Positions 28,112 to 39,371 of a stretch of DNA of 64,000 nt are shown piece by piece; positions within the stretch are counted from its first letter, which is position 1; every line of letters starts with the position of its first letter. The stretch is from an uncultured Actinomycetota bacterium (lineage in GTDB: Bacteria; Actinomycetota; Humimicrobiia; Humimicrobiales; Humimicrobiaceae): the NCBI GenBank assembly GCA_964601205.1, contig CAZRML010000036.1:69985-133984 (forward strand). Reading direction: 5' to 3'. A program made the translations under genes and the position numbers. Below the pieces are notes generated by a model. That model made no database searches. It saw only the letters and a list, made by a program, of their open reading frames with translations, and was not told where the DNA came from.

Positions 28112-30706
28112 TTATTTCTTAACCTTAAAATCCAGCAGTCTTCCTTCAGGACCGGTAACATCTACTGTTATCGTATCTCCTTCTTTTATCTCACCATTTA
28201 GCAGTTTCATTGCCAGTTTGTTCTGTACTTCATTCTGGATAACTCTCTTCAGCGGCCTTGCCCCGTAAACAGGGTCAAACCCTTCCTGTGCGATAAGTTT
28301 TTTTGCCTTATCTGTTATTTCAAGAGAAAGCTTTTTCCTTTTTAAGGTTTCCTTTAAATTTTTAATCTGGATTTCAACTATTCCTTTTATTTCATCAATG
28401 CCCAGCCTGTGGAAAATAACTATATCATCAACACGATTTAAAAATTCCGGCTTAAAATTGGCCTTCATTGCCTCTGTGATTCTTTTTTTCATTTCTTCTT
28501 CATCTTTATCGCCCAGTTCGGTTATCCACTGGCTGCCGATATTGGACGTCATGATAATAACAGTGTTTTTAAAATCAACCGTTCTTCCATGTCCGTCAGT
28601 TAGCCGCCCATCATCCATTATCTGTAGTAATATATTAAAAACATCGCCATGGGCTTTTTCAATTTCGTCCAGGAGTATTACGCTGTAAGGCTTTCTTCTC
28701 ACAGCTTCGGTTAGATATCCTCCTTCTTCATAACCAACATATCCGGGTGGGGCGCCTATGAGCCTTGAAACGGTATGTTTCTCCATATATTCAGACATAT
28801 CTATTCTTACCATTGCTCTTTCATCGTCAAACAGAAACTCTGCCAGGGCCTTTGAAAGTTCAGTTTTTCCCACCCCTGTAGGGCCCAGGAATATAAAAGA
28901 ACCAATGGGCCGGTTGGGATCCTGGAGGCCTGCTCTTGCCCTCCTTATGGTATTGGACACCGCGGTTATAGCCTCATCCTGCCCCACGACCCTCCTTTTT
29001 AGTCTGTCTTCCATATGAACCAGCTTTTCAATTTCAGCTTCCATCAGTCTTGTAACCGGAATACCTGTCCACTTTGATACAGTCTCTGCAATATCTTCCT
29101 CATCCACTTCCTCTTTTAGCATTTTATTTTCCTTCTGGAGCTGTTCAAGTTTTTTATTTTCTTCATCTAACTTTTTCTGGAGTTCTAAAAGTTTTCCATA
29201 TTTTAATTCCGCTGCCTTCTGGAGGTCAGCGTCCCTTTCGGCATGCTCGGACTCTATTTTCGTTTTTTCTATTTCTTCCTTCAGATTTCTTATATTTTTT
29301 ATTATTTCTTTTTCCTGCTGCCAGTGGGCTTTCATTGAATTTGCTTTTTCTTTAAGGTTAGAAAGCTCCTTATTTATTTTTTCCATTCTTGAAATTGAAG
29401 CCTTATCTTTTTCTTTTTTTAAGGCCTGAATTTCTATCTCATATTGTTTTATTCTCCTCTCAACCTCATCAATTTCTGTAGGCATACTATCAATCTCAAT
29501 GCGTAGCCTTGAAGCAGCTTCGTCTATAAGGTCAATGGCTTTATCCGGTAGAAATCTGTCAGATATATATCTATCTGAAAGTACTGCGGCGGCAATAAGA
29601 GCAGAGTCTTTTATCCTTACTCCGTGGTGTACCTCATATCTTTCCCTCAGACCCCTGAGTATGGAGATAGTATCTTCCACCGAGGGCTCGCTTATCTGAA
29701 CAGGCTGAAATCTTCTTTCCAGGGCCGCATCCTTCTCAATGTACTTCCTGTATTCATCAAGAGTAGTGGCCCCTATGGCATGGAGCTCTCCCCGGGCAAG
29801 CATGGGCTTTAGCATATTTGATGCATCAACAGCACCTTCTGCTGCTCCTGCCCCCACTACAGTATGGAGCTCGTCCAGAAATAAAATTATATTGCCTTCC
29901 GCCTTTGATATTTCTTTCAGGACCGCCTTTAATCTATCCTCAAATTCTCCCCTGTATTTAGAGCCGGCTACCAGGGTACCCATGTCAAGCGCTATCACCT
30001 TTTTATTTTTTAACCCTTCCGGGACATCACCCGAGACAATCCTGTTGGCCAGCCCTTCAACTATGGCGGTCTTCCCAACCCCGGGTTCCCCTATAAGAAC
30101 AGGATTATTCTTTGTTCTTCTTGACAGTACCTGGATAACCCTTCTTATCTCATCATCTCTTCCTATAACCGGGTCTAGCTTACCTTTTCTTGCAACATCG
30201 GTAATATCTTTTCCATATCTTTTTAGAGCCTGGTACTTGTCCTCAGGATTCTGGTCCGTTATTCTCTGGCTGCCCCTGATATTAACCAGAATCTGATATA
30301 TCCTATCTTTTGTTACTCCAGAATTTTTTAAAATTTTACCGGCTTCACCATCACTCTCTGAAAGCGCTATCAAAATATGCTCGGTTGAGACATACTCATC
30401 TTTTAACTGCCCGGCCTCATTGAATGCATTGTTTAGAATATCGTTAAGCCCGGGAGTTATATATAATTGTGCTGCCTGCCCGCTTACCCTGGGCTGCTTT
30501 GCAATAAGATCATTTACTTTACCAGATAAGTCATCAATGTTAATCTCAAGTTTTTTTAGTATAGGATTTATTATCCCTTCCTTCTGCTTCAGCATAGCGG
30601 AAAGGAGATGAAAATCATCAATACTCTGATTCCCGTTCTCTGACGCTATCCTCTGTGCTTCTGACAGCGCCTCCTGCGCTTTTATGGTAAATTTATCTAT
30701 TTGCAT
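28112..30706 (-). CDS. clpB: ATP-dependent chaperone ClpB
   Basis: Clp_N, two AAA+ modules ([16 protein letters not shown]), long middle coiled coil. 864 aa. Confidence 0.95.
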   Translation of the reverse strand: MQIDKFTIKAQEALSEAQRIASENGNQSIDDFHLLSAMLKQKEGIINPILKKLEINIDDLSGKVNDLIAKQPRVSGQAAQLYITPGLNDILNNAFNEAGQLKDEYVSTEHILIALSESDGEAGKILKNSGVTKDRIYQILVNIRGSQRITDQNPEDKYQALKRYGKDITDVARKGKLDPVIGRDDEIRRVIQVLSRRTKNNPVLIGEPGVGKTAIVEGLANRIVSGDVPEGLKNKKVIALDMGTLVAGSKYRGEFEDRLKAVLKEISKAEGNIILFLDELHTVVGAGAAEGAVDASNMLKPMLARGELHAIGATTLDEYRKYIEKDAALERRFQPVQISEPSVEDTISILRGLRERYEVHHGVRIKDSALIAAAVLSDRYISDRFLPDKAIDLIDEAASRLRIEIDSMPTEIDEVERRIKQYEIEIQALKKEKDKASISRMEKINKELSNLKEKANSMKAHWQQEKEIIKNIRNLKEEIEKTKIESEHAERDADLQKAAELKYGKLLELQKKLDEENKKLEQLQKENKMLKEEVDEEDIAETVSKWTGIPVTRLMEAEIEKLVHMEDRLKRRVVGQDEAITAVSNTIRRARAGLQDPNRPIGSFIFLGPTGVGKTELSKALAEFLFDDERAMVRIDMSEYMEKHTVSRLIGAPPGYVGYEEGGYLTEAVRRKPYSVILLDEIEKAHGDVFNILLQIMDDGRLTDGHGRTVDFKNTVIIMTSNIGSQWITELGDKDEEEMKKRITEAMKANFKPEFLNRVDDIVIFHRLGIDEIKGIVEIQIKNLKETLKRKKLSLEITDKAKKLIAQEGFDPVYGARPLKRVIQNEVQNKLAMKLLNGEIKEGDTITVDVTGPEGRLLDFKVKK

Positions 30707-30760
30707 ATATTTTAATCACTCCAATCGTTATTTATTATATAGATTTAACCCGGTTAAAAA

Positions 30761-31747
30761 TCAAACCACTATATTTGTTCTCGGGTTTTCGTCATAACTG
30801 TCCAAAAAATCATCAAAGTGTTTCTTCTGCTCTCCAGTCAATCCTTCCGGCAGTATTATTTTAGTTTTTACGTAAAGGTCACCAGAACCACCGCCCTTTA
30901 ATTTAGGCATTCCCTTGCCCTTCAGGCGGAGAGTTTTTCCTCCCTGAGTCTTTGGAGGCACCTTTACCATCACTCTACCCTCAAAAGTCGGGACATCTAT
31001 CTTCGCTCCAGTGTAAACTTCCTTTACAGTAACCAGAACCTCACAATAAAGATCATCATTTTTCCTGGTAAAAAAATTATGTCCGGCCACATTTACAATT
31101 AAATACAGGTCTCCTGCCTGTCCACCTGCTGGGCCCGGGCCGCCTTCTCCCGCTACTCTTATTTTTCCACCATCCTTAATGCCCCGGGGAATCTTCACAT
31201 TTATAGTCCTTGCCTTTCCGTCTCTCTGCAATTTAATCATTCTCTGTGTCCCTGTATATGCCTCCCTCAATGTTATATTAAGAGTTGATTGCATATCCTG
31301 TCCTTTTTGAGCAGCAGTTTTTGTCCTTCTTCCGAACTTTGAGCCAAAATTCGTTGAAAATCCAGAAGATTTTTCATTTGCTCCTCCTCCGAAAAACATT
31401 TCAAAAAAATCGGAAAAGCCGCTCCCCAGGTCTTCAAAGCTAAAACCTTTATTTTCAAAATTATAGGTATATGTCCTCCCGCCACCGGGCCAGCCTGTAC
31501 CTGTACCTGCACCTGCATACTGTTTCCAGTTAGCGCCCAGCTGGTCATACCTGGCTCTCTTCTGGGTATCCTTTAATACCTCGTATGCTTCCCCGATTTC
31601 TTTAAATTTTTCTTCAGCAACAGGATTATCAGGATTTGCGTCCGGATGATATTTTCTCGCCAGCTTCCTGTAGGCCTTTTTTATCTCATCCTGAGTGGCA
31701 TTCTTATCCACTCCCAGTATTTTATAATAATCCTTATATTCAACCAT
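30761..31747 (-). CDS. J-domain co-chaperone lacking zinc finger (CbpA-like DnaJ)
   Basis: N-terminal J domain with HPD. Gly/Phe-rich region. DnaJ_C domains. No CxxCxGxG repeats. Confidence 0.85.
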   Translation of the reverse strand: MVEYKDYYKILGVDKNATQDEIKKAYRKLARKYHPDANPDNPVAEEKFKEIGEAYEVLKDTQKRARYDQLGANWKQYAGAGTGTGWPGGGRTYTYNFENKGFSFEDLGSGFSDFFEMFFGGGANEKSSGFSTNFGSKFGRRTKTAAQKGQDMQSTLNITLREAYTGTQRMIKLQRDGKARTINVKIPRGIKDGGKIRVAGEGGPGPAGGQAGDLYLIVNVAGHNFFTRKNDDLYCEVLVTVKEVYTGAKIDVPTFEGRVMVKVPPKTQGGKTLRLKGKGMPKLKGGGSGDLYVKTKIILPEGLTGEQKKHFDDFLDSYDENPRTNIVV

Positions 31748-31777
31748 TCACTTTCACCTTTAATCTCAATAAATATG

Positions 31778-31810
31778 CTGCCCATAACTTTTAGTTAGAG
31801 TTATGGGCAG
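31778..31810. other. perfect 12-bp inverted repeat CTGCCCATAACT-N9-AGTTATGGGCAG between hsp20 and cbpA
   Basis: Read directly from the sequence. Lies 31-63 nt upstream of the cbpA start codon. No T-run follows on the transcribed strand. Confidence 0.5.
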
Positions 31811-31859
31811 ACACATACGCTTCCACTTTATAAACTTTCAAAGCATTACGTTTATGCTT

Positions 31860-32297
31860 TTACTTACTGCTTACTTCTATCTTCTTTGGTTTCTTTGCTT
31901 CTGCTTTAGGTATATTTATTTCCAGCACCCCATCTCTGTAAGTGGCTTTAATCTGGTCAGATTTTACCGGAACTCCAATATTAAATGACCTGTAGAAAGA
32001 ACCATAACTTCTCTCCACCCTGATATAGCCTTTATCCTTTTCCTCTTTCTCTTCTTTCCGCTCTCCTTTAATTACCAGCTGGTCCTCATCAACCGATACG
32101 TCTATATCTTCCATCTTCATTCCGGGTAAATCTGCCTTTATCATAATTTTCCTGTCGGTCTCCTTAATGTCTACATCAGGTGCCCAGATTGCCGACTTCT
32201 TACTTTTATCTCTTTCGGTAACACCTTCAAACCATCTACCTATCTCGTCACGAAGCTGAACCATATCACTGAATGGATCCCATCTAACTATTGGCAT
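31860..32297 (-). CDS. small heat shock protein (Hsp20/alpha-crystallin)
   Basis: Alpha-crystallin domain. C-terminal IXI-like motif region. Confidence 0.85.
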   Translation of the reverse strand: MPIVRWDPFSDMVQLRDEIGRWFEGVTERDKSKKSAIWAPDVDIKETDRKIMIKADLPGMKMEDIDVSVDEDQLVIKGERKEEKEEKDKGYIRVERSYGSFYRSFNIGVPVKSDQIKATYRDGVLEINIPKAEAKKPKKIEVSSK

Positions 32298-32332
32298 AAA
32301 AATACACCTCCTCTTAAAATCAATTTAGCTTT

Positions 32333-34291
32333 TTATTTATTCTTTTTATCATCTCCGTCTTTTTCCTCAAATTCTGCATCAATTACTTCTTCATCATTTC
32401 CTTCCTGTCCACTTTCTGCCTGCTGGCCTCCGGATGCTCCACTTCCACCGGGCCCTCCGCTACCGCCGGCTCCTGCTCCTGCTGAGCTGGCCCCTGACTG
32501 TGCATAAAGCTTCTGCGATAGCTCATTCTGCAGGCTCTGTAATTTTTCTATTTCATTCTTTATCTGTTCTGCATTATCCGACTCCGTGCTCTTCCTTAAA
32601 ACTTTAATCTGGTCTTCTATTCTGCTTTTCATATCAGAAGGAACCTTATCGCCAACATCCTTCATTAGCTTCTCTGTAGAATAAATCAGGTTATCAGCAT
32701 TGTTTTTGGCGTCAACAACCGCCCTCCTGTTCTTATCTTCATCCGCGTGCTCCTGAGCTTCTTTAACCATCCTCTGTATTTCATCATCAGACAGATGTGA
32801 TGTTGCAGTAATTGTAATTTTCTGCTCCTTGCCTGTGGCGGTATCTTTTGCAGAAACATTTACAATCCCATTGGCATCAATATCAAAGGTTACCTCTATC
32901 TGTGGAATCCCTCTCGGAGCAGGCGGTATTCCATCCAGCCTGAACCGGCCTATGGTTTTATTATCTCTTGCCATCTCACGTTCTCCCTGAAGAGCATGAA
33001 TATCCACACTGGTCTGATTATCTGCTGCAGTGGTGAATATCTCACTCTTCTTTGTGGGTATGGTTGTATTTTTCTCAATTAATTTAGTCATTACCCCGCC
33101 CAGGGTTTCAATACCAAGAGACAGGGGCGTAACATCCAGAAGTACCACGTCTTTTACATCGCCCTTCATCACTCCGGCCTGAATTGCTGCTCCAACTGCA
33201 ACTACTTCATCGGGGTTTACGCTCTTATTGGGCTCTTTCCCGGTATAATCCTTTACCATTTTTTGTATTACCGGCATTCTGGTTGCCCCGCCAACAAGAA
33301 TTACTTCATCAATATCTCCTGCTTTTAGGCCTGAATCCTTTAAAGCCTTCTCAAGAGGTTTCTTGCATCTATCAGTAAGGTCCGCTGTTAATTGCTCAAA
33401 TTTTGCCCGTGTAATCTTAACATCAAGATGTTTAGGGCCATTAGCATCAGCTGTAATAAACGGAAGATTTATATTTGTCTCCGTAACTGAAGACAGCTCA
33501 ACCTTTGCTTTTTCTGATGCCTCTATCAATCTCTGAAGAGCCTGCCTGTCTCCCCTTAAATCAATACCCTGTTCTTTTTTAAATTCATCGGCAACATAAT
33601 TCATAATTCTATCATCATAATCATCTCCACCCAGGTGCATGTCACCGTGGCTCGCTTTTACCTCAAATACTCCCTCGCCAACTTCCAGTATTGAAACATC
33701 GAAGGTACCTCCACCAAGGTCAAACACCAGAATCTTTTCTTCCTTCTTCTTATCCAGTCCATAAGCCAGTGATGCTGCTGTTGGCTCATTAATTATTCTT
33801 AAAACATTAAGCCCCGCAATTTTCCCGGCATTCTTTGTTGCCTGCCTCTGGGAATCGTTAAAATAAGCAGGAACAGTAATTACTGCATCCGTAATACCGG
33901 TCCCCAGATAACTCTCGGCATCTGTTTTTAGTTTCTGAAGTATCATTGCAGATACCTCTTCAGGGGTATAATCCTTGCCCCCCATCTCTACTTCCGCCAG
34001 GTTGTTCCTTCCTTTTTTTACCACATAGGACACTATCTTCCTTTCACTCTCAACCTCGCTATACTTTCTACCTATAAACCTTTTAATAGAGTAGACAGTG
34101 TTTTCAGGGTTTAATGCTGCCTGCCTCTTTGCCAGCTGCCCTACCAATCTTTCACCCTTTTTGGTGATAGCAACAACTGAAGGCGTGGTCCTGTTACCTT
34201 CGCTATTAGTTATAACTGCCGGCTTACCACCCTCCATAACAGCTATACATGAGTTAGTTGTTCCCAGGTCAATTCCTACTGCTTTTGCCAT
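32333..34291 (-). CDS. dnaK: molecular chaperone DnaK
   Basis: IDLGTTNS and DLGGGTFD motifs. Gly-rich acidic C-terminal tail. Confidence 0.95.
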   Translation of the reverse strand: MAKAVGIDLGTTNSCIAVMEGGKPAVITNSEGNRTTPSVVAITKKGERLVGQLAKRQAALNPENTVYSIKRFIGRKYSEVESERKIVSYVVKKGRNNLAEVEMGGKDYTPEEVSAMILQKLKTDAESYLGTGITDAVITVPAYFNDSQRQATKNAGKIAGLNVLRIINEPTAASLAYGLDKKKEEKILVFDLGGGTFDVSILEVGEGVFEVKASHGDMHLGGDDYDDRIMNYVADEFKKEQGIDLRGDRQALQRLIEASEKAKVELSSVTETNINLPFITADANGPKHLDVKITRAKFEQLTADLTDRCKKPLEKALKDSGLKAGDIDEVILVGGATRMPVIQKMVKDYTGKEPNKSVNPDEVVAVGAAIQAGVMKGDVKDVVLLDVTPLSLGIETLGGVMTKLIEKNTTIPTKKSEIFTTAADNQTSVDIHALQGEREMARDNKTIGRFRLDGIPPAPRGIPQIEVTFDIDANGIVNVSAKDTATGKEQKITITATSHLSDDEIQRMVKEAQEHADEDKNRRAVVDAKNNADNLIYSTEKLMKDVGDKVPSDMKSRIEDQIKVLRKSTESDNAEQIKNEIEKLQSLQNELSQKLYAQSGASSAGAGAGGSGGPGGSGASGGQQAESGQEGNDEEVIDAEFEEKDGDDKKNK

Positions 34292-34371
34292 AACGTATAC
34301 ATCCTTTCTAAATAATTTCTTTACTTTGCAATAAAACCGGTTTAAAACCTATTTCACATAAAAATTCTTAA

Positions 34372-34701
34372 TTATTCTTCATCTCTGTTTATGTGCATAA
34401 GATAATTTTTAAAACAATCCACCACTTCCTCAGGACACTTTCCAAGAATTACATTATCCCTTCTTCTTATCAGTATAATTATTGACTTTAAATTCATACC
34501 CTCGTCATACATAAGCTCTCTTATATACTTCAGCCATCTGATATCAACCTTAGAATAATATCTCTTCCTGCCTCTCCTTAAGGGTCTTACCAGCCTGAAC
34601 TTTTCATAATAATAAAGTGTCCTGCTGTTAACTCCTAAAAAATCAGCTACCAGCTCTATTGGATAACTTTTATCATATTCGTCAAACAATAATCCCACCA
34701 A
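34372..34701 (-). CDS. hspR: MerR-family heat-shock repressor HspR
   Basis: MerR helix-turn-helix (VADFLGVNSRTLYYYEK). First gene of the dnaK-cbpA-clpB unit. Confidence 0.75.
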   Translation of the reverse strand: MVGLLFDEYDKSYPIELVADFLGVNSRTLYYYEKFRLVRPLRRGRKRYYSKVDIRWLKYIRELMYDEGMNLKSIIILIRRRDNVILGKCPEEVVDCFKNYLMHINRDEE

Positions 34702-34785
34702 CCTTTTATACTGGTTTAATTTTATTAGAAAGCAACAGTTCTGTCAAGTATATTATAAAAGATTTTTATCAATTTGCGGAAAATT

Positions 34786-34805
34786 TTTTTACTTTAAAGT
34801 AAAAA
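34786..34805. promoter_or_regulatory. 20-bp perfect palindrome TTTTTACTTTAAAGTAAAAA upstream of hspR
   Basis: Perfect dyad 85-105 bp upstream of the hspR start codon. Candidate operator. Does not match the HAIR consensus. Confidence 0.3.
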
Positions 34806-35163
34806 TGTTTTTACTATGGAGTGAAATATACATTATGAAAGACACGTTTTTGTTTGTCTATTAATTTGTGGTATAGATTTAGATATTATCTTATCTGCCA
34901 GAGCAGGTTTCCTTTATTATGGAGTTCTAAAAGCATTTCCAATTCTTAAAGTTCCATGAGAAGATAGTGTTAATTTTTGAGCCAGAAGAAGGGCCAATTT
35001 ACCTTTTTCAATATTCATTTCCCGTATGCCACTTTCTTTTTTAAGGTTCTCATTGAGTGACTCTATAAAGCTTCTTCTATCTTTTTTTAATAAAGGTAAA
35101 TCTGCTATTTAAAAAAATATATCAAGGAAAAATTTTCTCTTTTGTTGTTTATAATTATTACTA

Positions 35164-36339
35164 TTATTTACTTTTATAAACCACTTTGCCTTTTACCAGG
35201 GTTTCATCAACTTCAAAGTTTTCATTTAATATGACTATATCGGCATCTTTACCCGGTTCAAGACTCCCTTTTCTATTCTCAACTCCCAGTCTTCTCGCAG
35301 GATTTATAGTTGCCATTCTGATAGCATCCACCAATGATATACCTGCTATATCCACCATATTTCTCACAGCTCTATCCGGGGTTAGAATGCTTCCCGCCAG
35401 TGTACCATCCGCCAGTCTAGCTTCACCATTCTTAACTGAAACCTCCTGTCCGCCAAGTTCATATGAACCATCTGGCATACCTGCTGCCCTCATAGCATCT
35501 GTGATAAGAATTATTTTTTCCATCTCTTTAACCTTAGTTACCATCTTCATGGCTAAAGGATGCAAATGTATCCCGTCAGAAATCATTTCCACTATTATTT
35601 CCGGAGAAAATAGTGCTGCTCCTACAATACCGGGTTCCCTATGTGCAAATCCCGTCATAGCATTGAATATGTGAGTAACATGACTTATACCCGCTTTAAC
35701 ACCTTCGCGTGCCTGCTCATAAGTGGCATTGGAATGTCCAATTGAGATGATAATGCCATGCTTATGTAACCATTGTATAAGGTCAAGTGCGCCGGGCATC
35801 TCAGGTGCCACAGTAGTTATACGAATAATATTTCCTGAAGCTTCATTAAATTCAATAAATTCATCTATGGAAGCATTTCTTATATCCTCCTCTTTCTGAG
35901 CACCTTTCCTTATTGGATTTATATAGGGACCTTCAACATTTGCACCCAGAACCTCAGAATATCCTGTACCTCTAACAAATGCTTCATTAACACTTTTAAG
36001 GCTTTTTAAAATCCTATCCTTACTCATGGTCATAGTAGTAGGGAGAAAAGCTGTGGTGCCAAATCTGGAATGTGCCCTGGATATTTCTTTTATCGCATCG
36101 TAATTTCCATCCATTGTATCAAAACCGCCGCCGCCATGTACATGTATATCAATAAAACCCGGGACAATAAAACCATCAGTAACATTGATAACTTCTGAAT
36201 TTGAAGTCCCGGCTATATTTTTTTTATCTTCCACTGAAACAATTTTCCCATCCTCTATAACTACAGCTCTGTCTTTTACCAATTCAAAAGGAGTTATCAG
36301 TGTACCGGTTAAAATTATACTTTTTTTATTACTATCCAT
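35164..36339 (-). CDS. nagA: N-acetylglucosamine-6-phosphate deacetylase
   Basis: IDIHVHGGGG metal-binding motif. Amidohydrolase fold. Confidence 0.85.
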   Translation of the reverse strand: MDSNKKSIILTGTLITPFELVKDRAVVIEDGKIVSVEDKKNIAGTSNSEVINVTDGFIVPGFIDIHVHGGGGFDTMDGNYDAIKEISRAHSRFGTTAFLPTTMTMSKDRILKSLKSVNEAFVRGTGYSEVLGANVEGPYINPIRKGAQKEEDIRNASIDEFIEFNEASGNIIRITTVAPEMPGALDLIQWLHKHGIIISIGHSNATYEQAREGVKAGISHVTHIFNAMTGFAHREPGIVGAALFSPEIIVEMISDGIHLHPLAMKMVTKVKEMEKIILITDAMRAAGMPDGSYELGGQEVSVKNGEARLADGTLAGSILTPDRAVRNMVDIAGISLVDAIRMATINPARRLGVENRKGSLEPGKDADIVILNENFEVDETLVKGKVVYKSK

Positions 36340-36389
36340 TTAATTAATTTCCTTTCTAATTTTTACCTAAATTATAAAATCCAGCTTAC

Positions 36390-37781
36390 CTACTTATCTT
36401 TTTCTATTAATGGAAGGCTGGCAGCAGCAATAGATTGGCCTACTCTTCTGCTGGATTCATCGGGAAGGCTTAAAGTAATTTTACTATAAAGTTCAGGAAA
36501 TTCTTTTCTTAGAACTTCTTCGGCGTTTTGTAATATTATCTGACCACCCTGCCCTGAAGTAACTCTTCCAAGAATAAGAACATTTTCTATATCATAAAAA
36601 TTTTCATAATAAGCAATGCTGTAACCGAGGTAACAACCAATTGTCTCAAAAATTTTTCCGGCTGACTCATCGCCCTTTTCTACCATACTCTGAATAGACT
36701 TTAGTTTCTCTGCAGGTGTTTTTTTATCATCAAGAGTAATTCCCGCTTTTTCAGCGAGTCTTATCACTGCTACCTGTGAAAAATATTGTACCCCGCATCC
36801 ACAGTCACCGGACCATTCATCCAGAGGTGCATCGGAATTCATATCAACAGGTATGAAAGCCAGTTCATTTAGCCAGTTGTTAATATTTCCTTTTTTATTT
36901 ATATATCCTCCCGCTTCGCTGGATCCCATGGCTATACCTAAAACTCCATTTCTTTTCAGGGACATGGAACCGGCCAGAGCAGTAACCTCACCATCGTTTA
37001 TTACTTTAAGAGGAACTCCCCACTTTTTTTGAATATCTAAAAAGATATTTTTAACTTTTTTGTCAAAAAGCTCTCTGGGTATACCTCTGAATATTGAACC
37101 GTTCATTACTCTGTTATTTATATATATTCCAGCAGAGCTTCCCCCTATGGCATCAACACGGGGCATATGAGCTGCGGCATGGTGTAACATGGACATTATT
37201 TCATGATAATGATAAGAGGGATCGGTCTTAGTACCCGGATTCCAGACAACTTCCTCGCTGAAAATTGCCTTCCCATCTATAACAGCGCTTACTTTTCTGT
37301 CACTTGCACCAAGGTCAAAACCAATACGGCATCCTTCAAGATTTCCTCCCAGCGATATAGATTCTTCCCCGGCAGAAGGGATTTCATCAATATTCATATT
37401 AACCACTTGAAAAGGTTTCTCATATATGCCGGACATAAACCCGGCATCAAAAGCACGTTCACCTCTTCTGGAATATATTCTTTTTATACGATTACCAATT
37501 GTATTTGACCCACCAATTATTACTTTATGCCCACCATAAATCCAGAGAAGTGTCTTTATTAACCGCTCAATATATTGATAATTAAAGGAAGAAAATACAG
37601 AATCATCCGAAAAAACACGGGTTTTATATACCAGCCGACATTCATTTCCTTTTTCAATACCTATTGATAAAGGAGCATCATAGTTAGAATTCCTGACGCT
37701 TTCAATAAAAGCCCTTTGCCATAAAATAGCAGGCTGAAATTTATCATCAAGGGGAGGATTACACTTCATTCTGGTCTCCAA
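36390..37781 (-). CDS. putative sugar kinase (ASKHA/ROK-like fold) with ~150-aa N-terminal domain of unknown function
   Basis: C-terminal two-thirds shows a GFDLGASDRK phosphate-1-like motif and Gly-rich segments (GIAMGSSEAGG). Has a partial ROK-like Cys motif (GDCGCG). Sits between nagA and the ROK regulator. Confidence 0.45.
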   Translation of the reverse strand: METRMKCNPPLDDKFQPAILWQRAFIESVRNSNYDAPLSIGIEKGNECRLVYKTRVFSDDSVFSSFNYQYIERLIKTLLWIYGGHKVIIGGSNTIGNRIKRIYSRRGERAFDAGFMSGIYEKPFQVVNMNIDEIPSAGEESISLGGNLEGCRIGFDLGASDRKVSAVIDGKAIFSEEVVWNPGTKTDPSYHYHEIMSMLHHAAAHMPRVDAIGGSSAGIYINNRVMNGSIFRGIPRELFDKKVKNIFLDIQKKWGVPLKVINDGEVTALAGSMSLKRNGVLGIAMGSSEAGGYINKKGNINNWLNELAFIPVDMNSDAPLDEWSGDCGCGVQYFSQVAVIRLAEKAGITLDDKKTPAEKLKSIQSMVEKGDESAGKIFETIGCYLGYSIAYYENFYDIENVLILGRVTSGQGGQIILQNAEEVLRKEFPELYSKITLSLPDESSRRVGQSIAAASLPLIEKDK

Positions 37782-37837
37782 TAGTTTTTTTCTATATTAG
37801 TATTACTCATTTACCCCCATGTAAAATATTTATAATT

Positions 37838-39052
37838 TCATGAAGAAACAGAAAAATAAAATATTTCTTTTAGAGGAATAGCCGCAGAAGCAATTATCCT
37901 GAAATCCTTCCCCAGGGAAATAGAGCATATTTCTAACTTATCTGTTAAAATCTCAAGGGCTTTTTTAAACACTATCTTTTTTACTTCAGAAATAAGAAAA
38001 AAGTTATTGTATGCAATCTTTCCACCCAGTATTATTACATCAGGATTTAATATGTTAACGAGATTAATAATTCCTATTGCAAGATATCCAGCAGTCTCAA
38101 CTGTAATTTCCTTTGCAAGCTTATCATTTCTATCCAGTGCTTCACGATAAATATAAGGGGTAACCCTGGCTATATCACCTTTTGCCAGCTCAATCATAAT
38201 GGTGTCTTTCCCATTTTCTACAGAAGTAAGTATCCTGGAATAAACAGCAGGCCAGTTTATATAATTTTCAAGACAGCCCCTGTTTCCGCAATCACACTTC
38301 ACTCCATTTTTATCTATAGTAGTATGACCAAATTCACCTGTTCCACCACTACTACCACGAACTATGTGGCCATTTACTATAATACCTGCCCCTACACCAT
38401 CGCCAATCGTAATATATATTAAATTCTCCAGATCTTTATATGCTCCAAATCTCTTCTCTGCCAGTACAATAGCATTTGTATCATTTTCCAACCAGACTTT
38501 AAGTTTAAATTTTTTCTCAATTATTTCTTTTAATGGGATGTTTTTTAATTTCAGTTTTGTATTTTCATAAATTACAGCTTTGTCCACACTTATAATTCCG
38601 GGAGAGGTAACAGAAATTCCAATACACCTCCTTAAATCATTCCTGGAATATGTATTCAAGAATTTATTAATAGATTCTAAAAGATACCCAATAAATTTTT
38701 CTCCCGTTAATTTATTTACCTGATAAATTTCCTCTCTCTTAATTCCCGCCTCTAAATTTGTTTCAGCTATTTTTACATAGGAGTTTGTAGTTGCAACTGC
38801 AATAATGAATTTACTATCAGAAGAGAACCTTAATAGTATGGGTTTTCTACCGCCGCTTGACTTTCCCACACCTTCTTCATAAACAAGCCCCTGCTTTATT
38901 AACTTTTTAACTGCCGCTGTTACAGTTGTGGAGCTTATTTTATTTTTTTTGGCTATTTCGCTACGTGAAATTGGACCATTGTTTTGAATGGTCTTAAGAA
39001 TTATTGACCTGTTTAATTCCTGGATTAATTTTAAATCGCCGGTTCTTTGCAT
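37838..39052 (-). CDS. ROK-family transcriptional repressor (NagC/XylR-like)
   Basis: N-terminal winged helix-turn-helix ([30 protein letters not shown]). ROK domain with [10 protein letters not shown] zinc motif. Confidence 0.85.
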   Translation of the reverse strand: MQRTGDLKLIQELNRSIILKTIQNNGPISRSEIAKKNKISSTTVTAAVKKLIKQGLVYEEGVGKSSGGRKPILLRFSSDSKFIIAVATTNSYVKIAETNLEAGIKREEIYQVNKLTGEKFIGYLLESINKFLNTYSRNDLRRCIGISVTSPGIISVDKAVIYENTKLKLKNIPLKEIIEKKFKLKVWLENDTNAIVLAEKRFGAYKDLENLIYITIGDGVGAGIIVNGHIVRGSSGGTGEFGHTTIDKNGVKCDCGNRGCLENYINWPAVYSRILTSVENGKDTIMIELAKGDIARVTPYIYREALDRNDKLAKEITVETAGYLAIGIINLVNILNPDVIILGGKIAYNNFFLISEVKKIVFKKALEILTDKLEICSISLGKDFRIIASAAIPLKEIFYFSVSS

Positions 39053-39065
39053 TTTAATTTTAATT

Positions 39066-39158
39066 AATATTATTACCCTAAGATACTTACTTTCTCCAGT
39101 GACTTTATTAAGTTACTCCATAATATATTAACCTCAGTTTATTGTCAATAGAATTTTA
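39066..39158 (-). promoter_or_regulatory. conserved ~93-bp promoter/operator element, copy A
   Basis: About 93% identical to 55024-55116. On the minus strand it carries TTGACA-N17-TATTAT. Downstream lies the imperfect dyad AGTAACTTAATAAAGTCACT. Confidence 0.6.
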
Positions 39159-39371
39159 CATTCCTTTACTGACATACATCCATAATAATAATATTATCCT
39201 ACCATATTAAATAATTTAATTCTTTCATGCAATAGATAAATATAATATAGTTTTTAACAGTAAATTATAATATTTACAACTCTTATCACACTTAAAAACT
39301 AAGTAGAAAGGTGCCAGGTAAAACATAAAAATAATATCCTTCCGACAATTACAAACTCCCTCAAAAATTTC

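Noticed and set aside
29739-30296. 185-aa plus-strand ORF inside clpB
   Set aside because: Antisense to a highly conserved gene. Ser/Pro-rich nonsense typical of reverse-frame artefacts.
34915-35019. 34-aa minus-strand mini-ORF (MNIEKGKLALLLAQKLTLSSHGTLRIGNAFRTP) between hspR and nagA
   Set aside because: No Shine-Dalgarno, no recognisable motif, not in the ORF track. Cannot be distinguished from chance.
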